NCBI GenBank assembly: GCA_041639595.1
Contig: JBEQBX010000001.1
Span: forward strand, 39,629-103,628
Direction: 5' to 3'
Length of the DNA stretch: 64,000 bases
From: Porphyrobacter sp.
Lineage (GTDB): Bacteria > Pseudomonadota > Alphaproteobacteria > Sphingomonadales > Sphingomonadaceae
Shown here: positions 28,059-39,263 of the stretch, in pieces
Layout of the letters: every line of letters starts with the position of its first letter
How positions within the stretch are numbered: position 1 is the first letter of the stretch
Translations under genes and position numbers: made by a program
Notes under the pieces: model-generated
Databases searched by the model: none
What the model was told of the DNA's origin: nothing
The model's input: the letters and a program-made list of their open reading frames with translations, nothing else

Positions 28059-29804
28059 GTGTTTTTCGATGATCGCCTTGCCACCGTGCTGCGCCAGCGC
28101 GCCACCGGCGAGGCGAGCTTGCGCACGCAATATCGCCAGTTGCTCGACCTTCTGGGCCGGGAACGCCTGTCATCGGATGGCGGCGATCAAAGCCTGCTGG
28201 CCGCGGCATGGCTAAGGATGGACGCGCTGGCCGAAACGATCCCCGCACCGACACGGGCGCGCATCATCCGTGAGGCTGGTTGGCGTTTCCGCAACCCCGA
28301 TCTCGCTGCGCATCTGGCGAATGATGTGCCAGAGGTCGCGGCGGCCGCGCTGTCGCGGGCAGAGCTGTCATCGGACGACTGGAACGCCCTGATCCCGCGC
28401 CTGCCGGTGCGTGCGCGCGGTTTTCTGCGCCTGCGCCGCGATCTGCCGGTCGATGTCGAGGCTTTGCTCGCGCGGCTGGGGGTGCATGACCGCGGACTGC
28501 CCGCCCCGGCCCCTGCCGCCGCTCCGGCGCCCACCGCCTCCGGACACTTCGCCGCGCCGCTTCGCGCAGTACCGCAGGCAGATCCTGCCACTCCCCGCCG
28601 CACGGCTTCCTCTGCCCGCGAGGCGGATGACAATGGCCGCACCGAGATTTCAGCGCTGGTCGAACGCATTGCGCAGTTCCGGCGCGATCGGGGGGAGAAC
28701 AAATCCGAGAGCGATAGCTCCCCCCGGCTGCCGCTGGGCGAGCTTCCGGAACGCGCCGAGCGCCACGTTACCAGCTTCGGCTTCGTCGCCGACACCGGGG
28801 GGCGGATCACCTGGGCTGGCGCCGATGTGGCGCCGATGGTTGTGGGCGTTCGCCTGTTTGCAGCCCATCCGACGGGTACTGGCTGCCCGGACAGCGATGG
28901 CCGTGCCCGCGCCTTTGCCCGCCGCCAGCCAATCACGCGCGGCATGATTAGCCTTGCCGGGGCGTCAGCAATCGCCGGAAACTGGATCATCGATGCTGAA
29001 CCGCGCTTTGGCGAGGATGGCCATTTTACCGGTTATCACGGCCGCTTCCGCCGCCCTCCCGCGGATGTCGCGCCGCAGATCGGCACCGAAGCTCGCGAAG
29101 CGGACCGCATCCGCCAGCTGCTCCACGAACTGCGCACCCCCGTGACAGCAGTGCAAGGCTATGCCGAGGTGATCCAGCAGCAACTGTTTGGCCCTGCCCC
29201 TCACGAATACAGGGCACTGGCCGCTGCGATCGCCGCTGATGCGGCGCGCATTCTGGCAGGTTTCGAGGAGCTGGACCGGTTGGCCCGGCTGGAAACCGGC
29301 GCCGTCCGGATCGAACCGGGAGAGGCCGACCTTGCCGCCCTGCTGCGTCGCACCGCCGCGCAGCTTGATCCGGTGCTTGCTCCGCAGAACGCTGGCTTCG
29401 CGCTGGCCTTTACCGATGAGGCCTGTGTGCTGATCGGCCTTGATCGAGAGGATGCAGAGGCGCTGGTCTGGCGTCTGCTGGCAAGCCTGGGCGCTGCCTG
29501 TTCACCGGGTGAGAAGATTGCCGTGCAGATCGATCCGCTCATCTCGGCACAGGGCGCGATGGCACGCGTGGCCTGCACACTTCCCGAACGCCTGATGCGC
29601 GAAGACAACCTGTTTGCGGCCACCACCCGCGCATCGCACGGCACGATCAGTCCGGGGCTGTTCGGCACCGGCTTTGCACTGCGTCTTGCCCGGGCCGAAG
29701 CCCGCGCCGCAGGCGGGGCGCTGACGTGTGAGAATGCCAGCGTTATCCTTACTTTACCGCTCTTGACCGAACCTGCCAGTCTGCCTAGCTCGGCAGCAGG
29801 GTAG
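28059..29804 (+). CDS. Cytoplasmic HisKA-domain protein with degenerate ATPase domain
   Basis: H-box LLHELRTPVTAVQGYAEVI; only a G2-like LFGTGFAL remains, no recognisable N or G1 box; no TM segments. Confidence 0.78.
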   Translation: MFFDDRLATVLRQRATGEASLRTQYRQLLDLLGRERLSSDGGDQSLLAAAWLRMDALAETIPAPTRARIIREAGWRFRNPDLAAHLANDVPEVAAAALSRAELSSDDWNALIPRLPVRARGFLRLRRDLPVDVEALLARLGVHDRGLPAPAPAAAPAPTASGHFAAPLRAVPQADPATPRRTASSAREADDNGRTEISALVERIAQFRRDRGENKSESDSSPRLPLGELPERAERHVTSFGFVADTGGRITWAGADVAPMVVGVRLFAAHPTGTGCPDSDGRARAFARRQPITRGMISLAGASAIAGNWIIDAEPRFGEDGHFTGYHGRFRRPPADVAPQIGTEAREADRIRQLLHELRTPVTAVQGYAEVIQQQLFGPAPHEYRALAAAIAADAARILAGFEELDRLARLETGAVRIEPGEADLAALLRRTAAQLDPVLAPQNAGFALAFTDEACVLIGLDREDAEALVWRLLASLGAACSPGEKIAVQIDPLISAQGAMARVACTLPERLMREDNLFAATTRASHGTISPGLFGTGFALRLARAEARAAGGALTCENASVILTLPLLTEPASLPSSAAG

Positions 29805-29830
29805 CCCAGGTCGTCTGGGGGCGGGGAAGA

Positions 29831-30832
29831 ATGACGTTCGGTTCAATGCTCGATGTGCCGCCGTTGGGACGCACTGCGCGATTTGCGCGCGGTTTCGGCC
29901 AGCGGGTGCTGCTGACGGTCGATACCGAGGAGGAATTCGATTGGAGAGGGCCGTTCCGCCGCGAAGGCTATGGCCTTAGCCATGTTGCTGCGATCCCGCG
30001 TTTCCAGAACTTTTGCGAAACGCTGGGCGCGCGGCCCGTTTACCTTGTCGACTGGCCGATCGTCCACGATGCCCGCGCAGTCGAAATCATCGGCGATGCG
30101 GTGCGGCGCGGCACCGCCGAAATGGGCGTGCAGCTTCACCCCTGGGTCAACCCCCCGTTCGATGAGGAAATGAGCGTCCACAATTCGTTTGCCGGCAACC
30201 TGCCTCAGGGGTTGGAGGCGGCGAAGTTCATGCGCCTGCGCGATGCCGTCGAGACAGCGTTCGGCGCAGCGCCGCTGATCTACCGCGCAGGACGTTACGG
30301 GCTGGGTCCGCATACGGCAGACTTGCTGAAAAGCGCCGGGATCAAGGTCGACACCTCGGTCCGCCCGCTGTTCGATTACAGCCCGCAGGGGGGCGCGGAT
30401 TACAGCGGCCACCCGCTTGCGCCCTACTGGGTCGATGCGGAGCGGAGCCTGCTCGAACTGCCGCTGACGAGCGCCTATTGGGGACCGCTGCGCCAGTTGG
30501 GACCAGCCATCCACCGGGTGCAGCGACATCTGCCGACGGTGTTTTCCGGCTTCTCCCGCTTTCGCCTGCTGGAACGCATCGCGCTAACACCCGAAGGCGT
30601 CTCTGCCGAAGAGGCGTTGCGCGGCGTCGACCTGGCACTCGACAGCGGTCTGCCCGTGCTGGTCCTGTCGCTCCACAGCCCCACCCTTGCCCCCGGTCAC
30701 ACCCCCTATGCCAAGGACGAGGCTATGGTGGAACGGCTGTATGGCTGGCTGGAAGCAGTCTATGCGCATCTGGCAGCGCGCGGCGTGACAAGCTGCACCG
30801 TTACCGATATCATTGCTGCGACCGAAAAATAG
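29831..30832 (+). CDS. Polysaccharide deacetylase family protein (WalW-like)
   Basis: LTVDTEEEFDW, GVQLHPWVNPP, YRAGRYG, DTSV, LTPEG, SLHSPTLAPGHTPY. Confidence 0.85.
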   Translation: MTFGSMLDVPPLGRTARFARGFGQRVLLTVDTEEEFDWRGPFRREGYGLSHVAAIPRFQNFCETLGARPVYLVDWPIVHDARAVEIIGDAVRRGTAEMGVQLHPWVNPPFDEEMSVHNSFAGNLPQGLEAAKFMRLRDAVETAFGAAPLIYRAGRYGLGPHTADLLKSAGIKVDTSVRPLFDYSPQGGADYSGHPLAPYWVDAERSLLELPLTSAYWGPLRQLGPAIHRVQRHLPTVFSGFSRFRLLERIALTPEGVSAEEALRGVDLALDSGLPVLVLSLHSPTLAPGHTPYAKDEAMVERLYGWLEAVYAHLAARGVTSCTVTDIIAATEK

Positions 30833-30910
30833 TCACCTGCTGGACGCTTGTCTCGCAGCCAGCCACAGAGTAGGGGGCTGCATCGCCCTGCTGTCCGGTG
30901 CCTTATTCAA

Positions 30911-30983
30911 GGGCCTGTAGCTCAGCGGTTAGAGCTGGCCGCTCATAACGGCTAGGTCGCGGGTTCGAATCCTGCCGGGCCCA
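30911..30983 (+). tRNA. tRNA with CAT anticodon, probably tRNA-Ile2 (lysidine-modified); CCA not encoded
   Basis: GGGCCTG/CGGGCCC acceptor stem with paired G1-C72 (not initiator-like), loop CT-CAT-AA, GGTTCGAATCC; followed by CCG. Confidence 0.9.
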
Positions 30984-31008
30984 CCGGACGGGCGGGACGA
31001 AACAGTGT

Positions 31009-31085
<77 letters not shown>

Positions 31086-31493
31086 CTTTTCACACCATCG
31101 CCTAAACCGACCAAGGCCCGCCCTTCTTGCCAGGCAACCGCAGCACGTGCGCTGGCAGGCACAAGGCGGATCTGCTAACCTTGGCCTGAAGCTGCCCAAC
31201 CGCTGCCCTTTCTGCCACTCGCAACCACTGCGGGGCGGCAATGAAGCACACAGCAGGTACGCCACAGATATGGTAGTCAGCCCCGTTCCGATCACTGGCT
31301 TGCGATCTGCCGCTTCAATCAATGTCGGCTTGCTGCATACGAAATTTCACGTAGGTTATAGCCGGTTTGGCAGATGCAGAAGTTTCCGTCACATCAGCGA
31401 CGCATCGAGCGAGCGGTAAAAGGGCGCTGCATTTCATCCATGTCAGCCTGTCGCCTTTGGGGGGCGGCATCATGCGTTGTGCACGGAGGGATT

Positions 31494-32117
31494 ATGAGAA
31501 AAACCGCGATCACAGCTGCCACGTTCGCGTTGGTGGCCAGCACGCTCAGCCCGTCAATTGCCTATGCCCAGGAAGCGGACGAGGAAAAGAAGAAGGATAA
31601 TACCGGCGCAATCATCGCCGGTATTGCCGCGCTCGGGATCGGGATTGCCATTGCTACTTCCAAGAAGGGCGATGACGACCGCTACGACAACCAGTGGGAT
31701 GGCAATCTTTATGGCGATCCTTTCAGTCCCTCGAACAATATCAGCTGCTACCCGCGGCAGAAGAAATGCTACGATCGCGGCCACTTTTCCTACAGCTGGA
31801 CCAAACGCATCTTCGGCACATCGGCTGGATGGGGCGGTTCCGGCGGTAGTTGGGATAACAACAACGGCGGCGGCTTCGGCGGTTCCGGGGGGAGTTGGAA
31901 CGGCAACCAGAATCTCGATCAGGCACGCCGCGTGTGCCTTGATCGCGGACGCGACCGTGGGCTGAAGAACATCCTGGTCGAATCCGTGCGTCCCGAAGGG
32001 ACCAAGCGGGCCCGAGTTTATATGCAAACCCGCCGCAGTCAGGCGACCGTCAGCACGGAACGTTGGCGCTGCGAATACCGCTTTGACAGCGGAAAGACCG
32101 AATTCAAGCGTCTGTGA
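31494..32117 (+). CDS. Hypothetical secreted protein with hydrophobic Gly/Ala segment, two Cys-pair domains and a Gly-rich linker
   Basis: GGAGGG RBS, signal peptide ending AYA-Q, PFSP..ISCYPRQKKCY..WTKRIFG, two GGSGGSW repeats. Confidence 0.75.
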   Translation: MRKTAITAATFALVASTLSPSIAYAQEADEEKKKDNTGAIIAGIAALGIGIAIATSKKGDDDRYDNQWDGNLYGDPFSPSNNISCYPRQKKCYDRGHFSYSWTKRIFGTSAGWGGSGGSWDNNNGGGFGGSGGSWNGNQNLDQARRVCLDRGRDRGLKNILVESVRPEGTKRARVYMQTRRSQATVSTERWRCEYRFDSGKTEFKRL

Positions 32118-32158
32118 CGCGCGGCCGCAGCCATCATTTTTTCACGGAGACACACACC

Positions 32159-32689
32159 ATGTTCCGCAAAATCACTTTTCTCCCGACGCTCGGCGCGCTC
32201 GTGCTGGCGATTTCCGGCACCGCTCCGCTGCTTGCTCAACCCGCTGCGCCCGAAGGCAGCAAGCCGGTGGCACGCGCAGATGTGCCCGTTTCGGCGCGCA
32301 TGGGCATGCATGTGGGCGCGTTGGTCATGGAAGACCTCAGGCAGTTCGTGACCGACGACAAGACCCTCGGCTCTCTCTATCTGCGGATGCTGATCCTCGC
32401 CAAGCAGGAGGCGATCGGGGCAAGTTGCGCGGCATACGAACTTGATCAAAAGCGCATGGTGGCGATGATGATGCGCACCATGCGTCCGCTATCCGAAGGC
32501 GTCGAGCCGGACGTGGCGACATCGCACCTCCAGCGCGCACTGCGGCAGTACAACACCCTGCTGGGCGGCGAATTGGCGGTGTTCGCTTATGACCCCGGCG
32601 CCTATTGCGATGCTGGCAAGACGCTGTTCAAGGAACTCGGCGAATATTCCGAGGCTGACTCCATGCTCGTCCTGAAGCCGACCGGCTGA
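32159..32689 (+). CDS. Hypothetical secreted protein
   Basis: GGAGA RBS, signal peptide MFRKITFLPTLGALVLAISGTAPLLA, one Cys pair, genome-like codon use. Confidence 0.7.
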   Translation: MFRKITFLPTLGALVLAISGTAPLLAQPAAPEGSKPVARADVPVSARMGMHVGALVMEDLRQFVTDDKTLGSLYLRMLILAKQEAIGASCAAYELDQKRMVAMMMRTMRPLSEGVEPDVATSHLQRALRQYNTLLGGELAVFAYDPGAYCDAGKTLFKELGEYSEADSMLVLKPTG

Positions 32690-32701
32690 CGCCATAGTAT
32701 C

Positions 32702-32749
32702 GGCGCAGCGGGGGCAGGCATCGTCACGCCAGCCTGCTGCCGCTGCGCC
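32702..32749. terminator. GC-rich hairpin between convergent genes (possible bidirectional terminator)
   Basis: Arms GGCGCAGCGGGGGCAGGC / GCCTGCTGCCGCTGCGCC (16 of 18 complementary); no U-tract. Confidence 0.35.
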
Positions 32750-32776
32750 AGCCTTGCGCGCAAATGTGCAGGAAGG

Positions 32777-33481
32777 TCAGACGCTCACGCCGAACAGGCG
32801 GCCAACCGCAGCCGTCATCGCCATCGCGAAAACCCCCCAGCCAACCACTCGCAGCATGGCCGGCAACACAGGCGCAGCCCCTGCCCTAGCTCCCAACGCT
32901 CCCAACCCGGCAAGCGCCAGCACCGACACCACCACCACAGCAGCGATGATCGTGCCCGGTGGCGCCAGCCACGCCGCAACCAACGGCACCGCTGCGGCCG
33001 CGCTGAATGTCACGCCAGACGCCGCTGCCGCCTGCAACGGCCGCGCGGCGAGGTGTTCGGTTAGCCCCAGCTCGTCACGCACATGCGCTGCCAGCGGATC
33101 AAGCGCCGTCAGTTCACGCGCGACAGCGGCCGCAGTGCCAGCACTCAGCCCGCGCTCCACGTAGATAGCCGCCAGTTCTGCCTCCTCGTCAGCAGGGGTC
33201 GCGAAAAGCGCCTCCTCCTCCCGTCGGATGTCGGCACGTTCCGAATCCGCCTGACTGGAAACCGAGATGTACTCCCCCGCCGCCATCGACATGGCGCCGG
33301 CCATCAGTGCTGCAATCCCGGCAATCATCACGGCGGCCGGATCGGGCGTGGCTGCCGCAACGCCGATGATCAGCGATGCGACCGAAATGATCCCGTCATT
33401 CGCGCCCAGAACTGCCGCACGCAGCCAGCCGGTGCGGTGCACGTAATGCGGATCGTCGGGATGGGCACTGGAGGCGGACAT
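32777..33481 (-). CDS. VIT1/CCC1 family Fe/Mn transporter
   Basis: WLRAAVLGANDGIIS, AGAMSMAAGEYISVSSQAD, HVRDELG. Confidence 0.93.
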   Translation of the reverse strand: MSASSAHPDDPHYVHRTGWLRAAVLGANDGIISVASLIIGVAAATPDPAAVMIAGIAALMAGAMSMAAGEYISVSSQADSERADIRREEEALFATPADEEAELAAIYVERGLSAGTAAAVARELTALDPLAAHVRDELGLTEHLAARPLQAAAASGVTFSAAAAVPLVAAWLAPPGTIIAAVVVVSVLALAGLGALGARAGAAPVLPAMLRVVGWGVFAMAMTAAVGRLFGVSV

Positions 33482-33715
33482 TGATTACCTTTGTGAGCGG
33501 TTTCGATGCCCTTTTCGGCCCCATTCGCCCCGGTAGCAAGGGCCGGCTGCTGCGCGCGTGTTACGTCGGCGGACCAGCAGCCGACGTCAGCGTGACCAAC
33601 TTGTGAAACAGAGGCTGGACCGCCTCATAGGGATTTCCCCGAGGATGCCTTCAGGCAAATGCCAAGGCTCATATGCCTATAATGACGCAGAAAAGCGGCG
33701 AACAAGGGCAAACGC

Positions 33716-35002
33716 ATGTTGAAGAATATCGCACTCTCCGATGTCCAGATGGGCATGTTCGTGCACAAGTTCGAAGGTCGATGGTTCGACCACCCGTTCT
33801 GGAAATCACAGCTGTTGATTGATGACGAAGCGAAACTTGCCGCGATCAAATCCAGCCGACTGCGCGGGCTGGTGATCGATACCACCCGCGGCATAGATCT
33901 GGCCCCCGGCGCAGCGCAATCCGCCCAGCAATCCGCCCCGCAGGCAGCTCCCACCGGCAAGCCGCAAGGGTTCGCACGGATGAAAAGCATCAAGCAGCGC
34001 ACGTCTGCCCAATTGACCCCCATCCAGCCAGCATCAATGGGTCAGGAGGTTGCAGCGGCGGGCGCGATTGCAGATCAGGCGCGCGAGAAGCTGGGCAAGA
34101 CCTTCATCGCTGCTCGGCTGGGCAAGGCGCTCGACGTGCGCAAGGTGGAACCGGTGGTGAGCGACATTCTCGCTTCGGTGCGCCGCAATCCGCAGGCCTT
34201 TAGCGGGTTGATGCGCTGCAAGCTCAAGAACGAGCAGACTTTCCGCCACGCCCTTTCAGTAAGCGCGCTAATGGTTGCGCTCGCCGACCGGATGAAGCTG
34301 CCAGCGCAGGACATCCACAATTGCGGGCTGGCGGGACTGCTGCTCGATATCGGGGTCAATTACCTGCCCAATGTCAGCGAGCCTCCGGGCGGCGACTATC
34401 GCAATCTTGATGAACGCACCTGGCAGCAACACGTCCGGCTGGGCCACCGTGCGCTTCAGAATGACGGCGATCTGCCGCAGTTGGTGCTGGATGCCTGCCT
34501 GTTCCACCATGAACGCATGGACGGCAGCGGCTATCCGCAAGGTTGCGCAGGTGATGACATTCCCGTGGTCGCCCGGATGGCAGCGATCTGCGACAGCTTT
34601 GATTTTCACCTGTCGGGCACCGATCGCGCACCTGCTATTGACCCAGCGGCGGCAATCGCCGCGATGAGCGCGCTGCCCGGCGCCTATGACGAGGAAATTC
34701 TCAGCCTGTTTATCGAAACCGTCGGCATCTATCCGGTCGGTTCCTTTGTGATGCTTTCCAGCCGCAAGATCGCGCTGGTAATCGACGAAAACCGCAAGGA
34801 CCCGACGCGGCCTGTGGTGCAGGCGTTCTATTCGCTTGAAACCGCAGAGCGTGTGCTGCCGCACCGCATCACACTGGGGCAGGACAATGCGGACGACCAC
34901 ATCACCGGCATAGCCGACCTGACCGGCCTTGGCCTGCCGGATGATGCGCAGCTGCGCGAACTGGTGTTCCTCAGCGCCTATCGCAGTGAAGCCCGGACCT
35001 GA
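33716..35002 (+). CDS. DUF3391 + HD-GYP domain protein with degenerate HD motif
   Basis: N-terminal VQMGMFVHKFEGRWFDHPFW; HHERMDGSGYP present, but LLLDIG where LLHDIG is expected. Confidence 0.85.
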   Translation: MLKNIALSDVQMGMFVHKFEGRWFDHPFWKSQLLIDDEAKLAAIKSSRLRGLVIDTTRGIDLAPGAAQSAQQSAPQAAPTGKPQGFARMKSIKQRTSAQLTPIQPASMGQEVAAAGAIADQAREKLGKTFIAARLGKALDVRKVEPVVSDILASVRRNPQAFSGLMRCKLKNEQTFRHALSVSALMVALADRMKLPAQDIHNCGLAGLLLDIGVNYLPNVSEPPGGDYRNLDERTWQQHVRLGHRALQNDGDLPQLVLDACLFHHERMDGSGYPQGCAGDDIPVVARMAAICDSFDFHLSGTDRAPAIDPAAAIAAMSALPGAYDEEILSLFIETVGIYPVGSFVMLSSRKIALVIDENRKDPTRPVVQAFYSLETAERVLPHRITLGQDNADDHITGIADLTGLGLPDDAQLRELVFLSAYRSEART

Positions 35003-35023
35003 CCTGCGGCGTTGGCGGCAGCG

Positions 35024-36439
35024 CTATTTGCCCTGCATGATCGGCGGCGCAGCAGGGATTGGTCCGCCAGTCAGGATCGACGTGTCCTCGTTCGCGAGAA
35101 TGCCGACAACCTGCGTCCATACCGCCACGTTCTGGCGCAGTTGCACCGGATCGATCTTGTCCAGCGTGTCGTCGGGCGTGTGGTGCAGATCGAAATAGCG
35201 GGTGCCGTCCTGCTGCAGGTCGATCAGCGCGCCTTTTTGATCACGCACGATATTGAGGTCAGCCCCACCCGTCGCAACGTCGCTGCCGCTCGACACGCCG
35301 AAGCGCGCAATCGCCGCGGCAATGCGCTTGTGCAGCACGGGATTTGATTCACGGAAATTTGAATCAAAACGCCACACGCGGTCCGCGCCGAAATCGCTTT
35401 CGATACCCACTGCGATCGGTTCATCAATATGCGCGGTGCTGTAAGCCTTGCTGCCCCACAGTCCTGTTTCCTCAGCGCCCGCCATCAGCACGCGGATGGT
35501 GCGAAGCGGCTGCCCCGCCTTGGCCGCATTGAGCGCCGCTGAAGCGATGATCGCGCAACCAGCCCCGTCGTCGAACGCGCCGGGCGCATTCCACCAGCTG
35601 TCGATATGGCAGGCCAGCAGCACCGGCGGGAGGTTGGGATTACGTCCCGCGATCTCGCCGACAACATTGCCGCTTTGCGTTTGACCGATCTGGCGCGGGT
35701 TCATCTCCAGCTTCATCGTGATGGGACGTCCCCCGGCACGGGCGAACATCCGCTCAAGGTTCTCGGCATCAGGCAGGCTCAGCGCGCTTGCGGGGATGGC
35801 GGCGACGCCTGCGGGAAAGCTGGTGCCGCCGGTATGCGGATTGCGGTGGTGATCGGTGCCGATCGATTTGATGACGACGCCAATTGCGCCCTTGCTCGCC
35901 GAGATGCCCGGGCCGACCCAGCGCGCAGGTCCGGCAAAACCATAGTGCGATCCGTCCTGCGCAGGCCGCATCTGATGGCTGATATAGGCGATCTTGCCCT
36001 TGAGGCTGCCTTCGGGCGCGGCGCGTAAATCGTCGACTGTGCGGAAGAAGACCACTTCGGCCTCGATTCCGCCCGCCGGGGTTGCGGCGGAATTGCCGAG
36101 CGGCAGCACCTCGAGATCCTGCGCAAACGGCGCGGTCACGCGGGCGCGGGCAATGTCACCAGGCACCCAGGTGTCCATCATGAACGGCTCGTCGGCGATA
36201 TTGGTGAAACCTTTGGCCTTCAGCCACGCCGCCGCCCATGCCCGGCCGCGTGCCTCGGCCTCGGTGCCTGCCTGACGCGGGCCGACTTCGGTCGTGATGC
36301 CTTCGACAAATTGCCACACGTGGGTGTCTGCCGTCAGAGCCCTATCCGCAGCCTCTTCCAGCGAAGGGAGCGGCGGCGTATTGGCAGCGGCGGGGACAGC
36401 GATGGTTAGCGCAAGCAGCGCAGCAAGGGTGCGGTTCAT
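35024..36439 (-). CDS. Secreted M28 family metallopeptidase with PA domain (carboxypeptidase Q-like)
   Basis: Signal peptide, VGPRQAGT, CHIDSW, GAFDDGAG, GAEETGLWG, ESDFG, YFDLHHTPDDTLDK. Confidence 0.9.
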   Translation of the reverse strand: MNRTLAALLALTIAVPAAANTPPLPSLEEAADRALTADTHVWQFVEGITTEVGPRQAGTEAEARGRAWAAAWLKAKGFTNIADEPFMMDTWVPGDIARARVTAPFAQDLEVLPLGNSAATPAGGIEAEVVFFRTVDDLRAAPEGSLKGKIAYISHQMRPAQDGSHYGFAGPARWVGPGISASKGAIGVVIKSIGTDHHRNPHTGGTSFPAGVAAIPASALSLPDAENLERMFARAGGRPITMKLEMNPRQIGQTQSGNVVGEIAGRNPNLPPVLLACHIDSWWNAPGAFDDGAGCAIIASAALNAAKAGQPLRTIRVLMAGAEETGLWGSKAYSTAHIDEPIAVGIESDFGADRVWRFDSNFRESNPVLHKRIAAAIARFGVSSGSDVATGGADLNIVRDQKGALIDLQQDGTRYFDLHHTPDDTLDKIDPVQLRQNVAVWTQVVGILANEDTSILTGGPIPAAPPIMQGK

Positions 36440-36558
36440 GGCGCAAGATGCTATCGGGCGGCTGCCCACAAGTCTAGCCGCTTGCCCTTGGCCATCCCCT
36501 TCCCTATCTGCGCGAGCGAAACCTCCCCACTTGATTTCGATCCCGAAGGACTGAACCG

Positions 36559-38232
<1,674 letters not shown>

Positions 38233-38240
38233 CCAGCGAC

Positions 38241-38281
38241 GGGCGGGCGCACCGAAAGCCCGCCCGCCCAGCCGTTTTTTA
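38241..38281 (+). terminator. Intrinsic terminator after ettA
   Basis: GGGCGGGCG / CGCCCGCCC stem followed by a T run. Confidence 0.65.
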
Positions 38282-38351
38282 CCAGCTTTTGATCGAAATT
38301 GCGCCACTCTCCCTTAAGGACAATTTAGGTCGCATTGGGGGCGCAGACCAA

Positions 38352-38480
38352 ATGGCACGGCGAGCGCTTGACGCCGCGCTGGTCAACAGGACGGAACATG
38401 TCGTTTCCGCCATCAGCATGAATGAAATCCTGCTCCTGCCCACTCCGGCCCTTTCGCGAGTCGCCGCAACTGCCGCCTGA
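38352..38480 (+). CDS. Possible small protein (42 aa)
   Basis: MARRALDAALVNRTEHVVSAISMNEILLLPTPALSRVAATAA; G-rich RBS-like stretch upstream; fills the intergenic gap. Confidence 0.4.
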   Translation: MARRALDAALVNRTEHVVSAISMNEILLLPTPALSRVAATAA

Positions 38481-38495
38481 ACGCCGCGACAAAAG

Positions 38496-39083
38496 TTAGG
38501 GCGAAACCCAGCAGCCCGTCCAATCCTGTCCGCCTTCGCTACGCAGGAACTGCGCGCGAACATGACCAGTATGGGCAAGATAAAGCCAATCGAAGGCGGT
38601 CACGGTAATCCGCAGCAGCGCGAAATTGTCCCTCGCCGGAACAAGCTGCGCGTCATCGGGCTCAATCCCTTCGAATTCCGGTGGCAGGCCCGAAGTCGGC
38701 AGATCAGATGCGGCCCCCGGCCCATCCCCCAGATAACACCGCCGTGCAAAATTGGTGCTTGCCGCCCACGCGGCATCGACCTCGGCGCCCACACGCACGA
38801 TCTCTCCGGTACCGCGTGCGCGGATCTGCACCTTGGCATCCTTGTCATAAAACAGCACCGCGATGCGCGGATCAGCGGTGATCACCTGCGCCTTGGGCGC
38901 GCGGGCATCGGTGTGAAATCGCAGCCGCCAGGCGGCACCGTCAAAGGCGCGCAGCACCATAACCCGTGCATCGACATCGCCTGTAACGACAACCGGCGCG
39001 TGCATGGGCGATTTGCGATCACGCGGCGCGCGAATCAACCGGTCGCGGCAATCGGTGAGGCAGCTATCAAGCGATTCAATCAT
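38496..39083 (-). CDS. Pyridoxamine 5'-phosphate oxidase-like FMN-binding protein
   Basis: DARVMVLRAFD, FHTDARAPK, LFYDK..KVQIR, FDWLYL..GHVRAQF. Confidence 0.85.
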   Translation of the reverse strand: MIESLDSCLTDCRDRLIRAPRDRKSPMHAPVVVTGDVDARVMVLRAFDGAAWRLRFHTDARAPKAQVITADPRIAVLFYDKDAKVQIRARGTGEIVRVGAEVDAAWAASTNFARRCYLGDGPGAASDLPTSGLPPEFEGIEPDDAQLVPARDNFALLRITVTAFDWLYLAHTGHVRAQFLRSEGGQDWTGCWVSP

Positions 39084-39263
39084 GTCCCGATTGCCTTTGG
39101 CGGCAACGACCTGTGCGTCAAGCGATGACACAGCCGTTCATAAGACATGCAATTTTTCTGAACATCGCTCAGTCGGTTCATCCCTGCGACAGTCTGTGCG
39201 CGATATTTGGGAGCATCTTAACAAGCCGCTTGTGGTGGGCCGGCGATAATGGAGGCACTTTTA

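Noticed and set aside
31086-33715. Integrative element or prophage at the tRNA-Ile2/tRNA-Pro site
   Set aside because: No integrase, transposase or duplicated tRNA 3' end visible; only accessory-looking genes.
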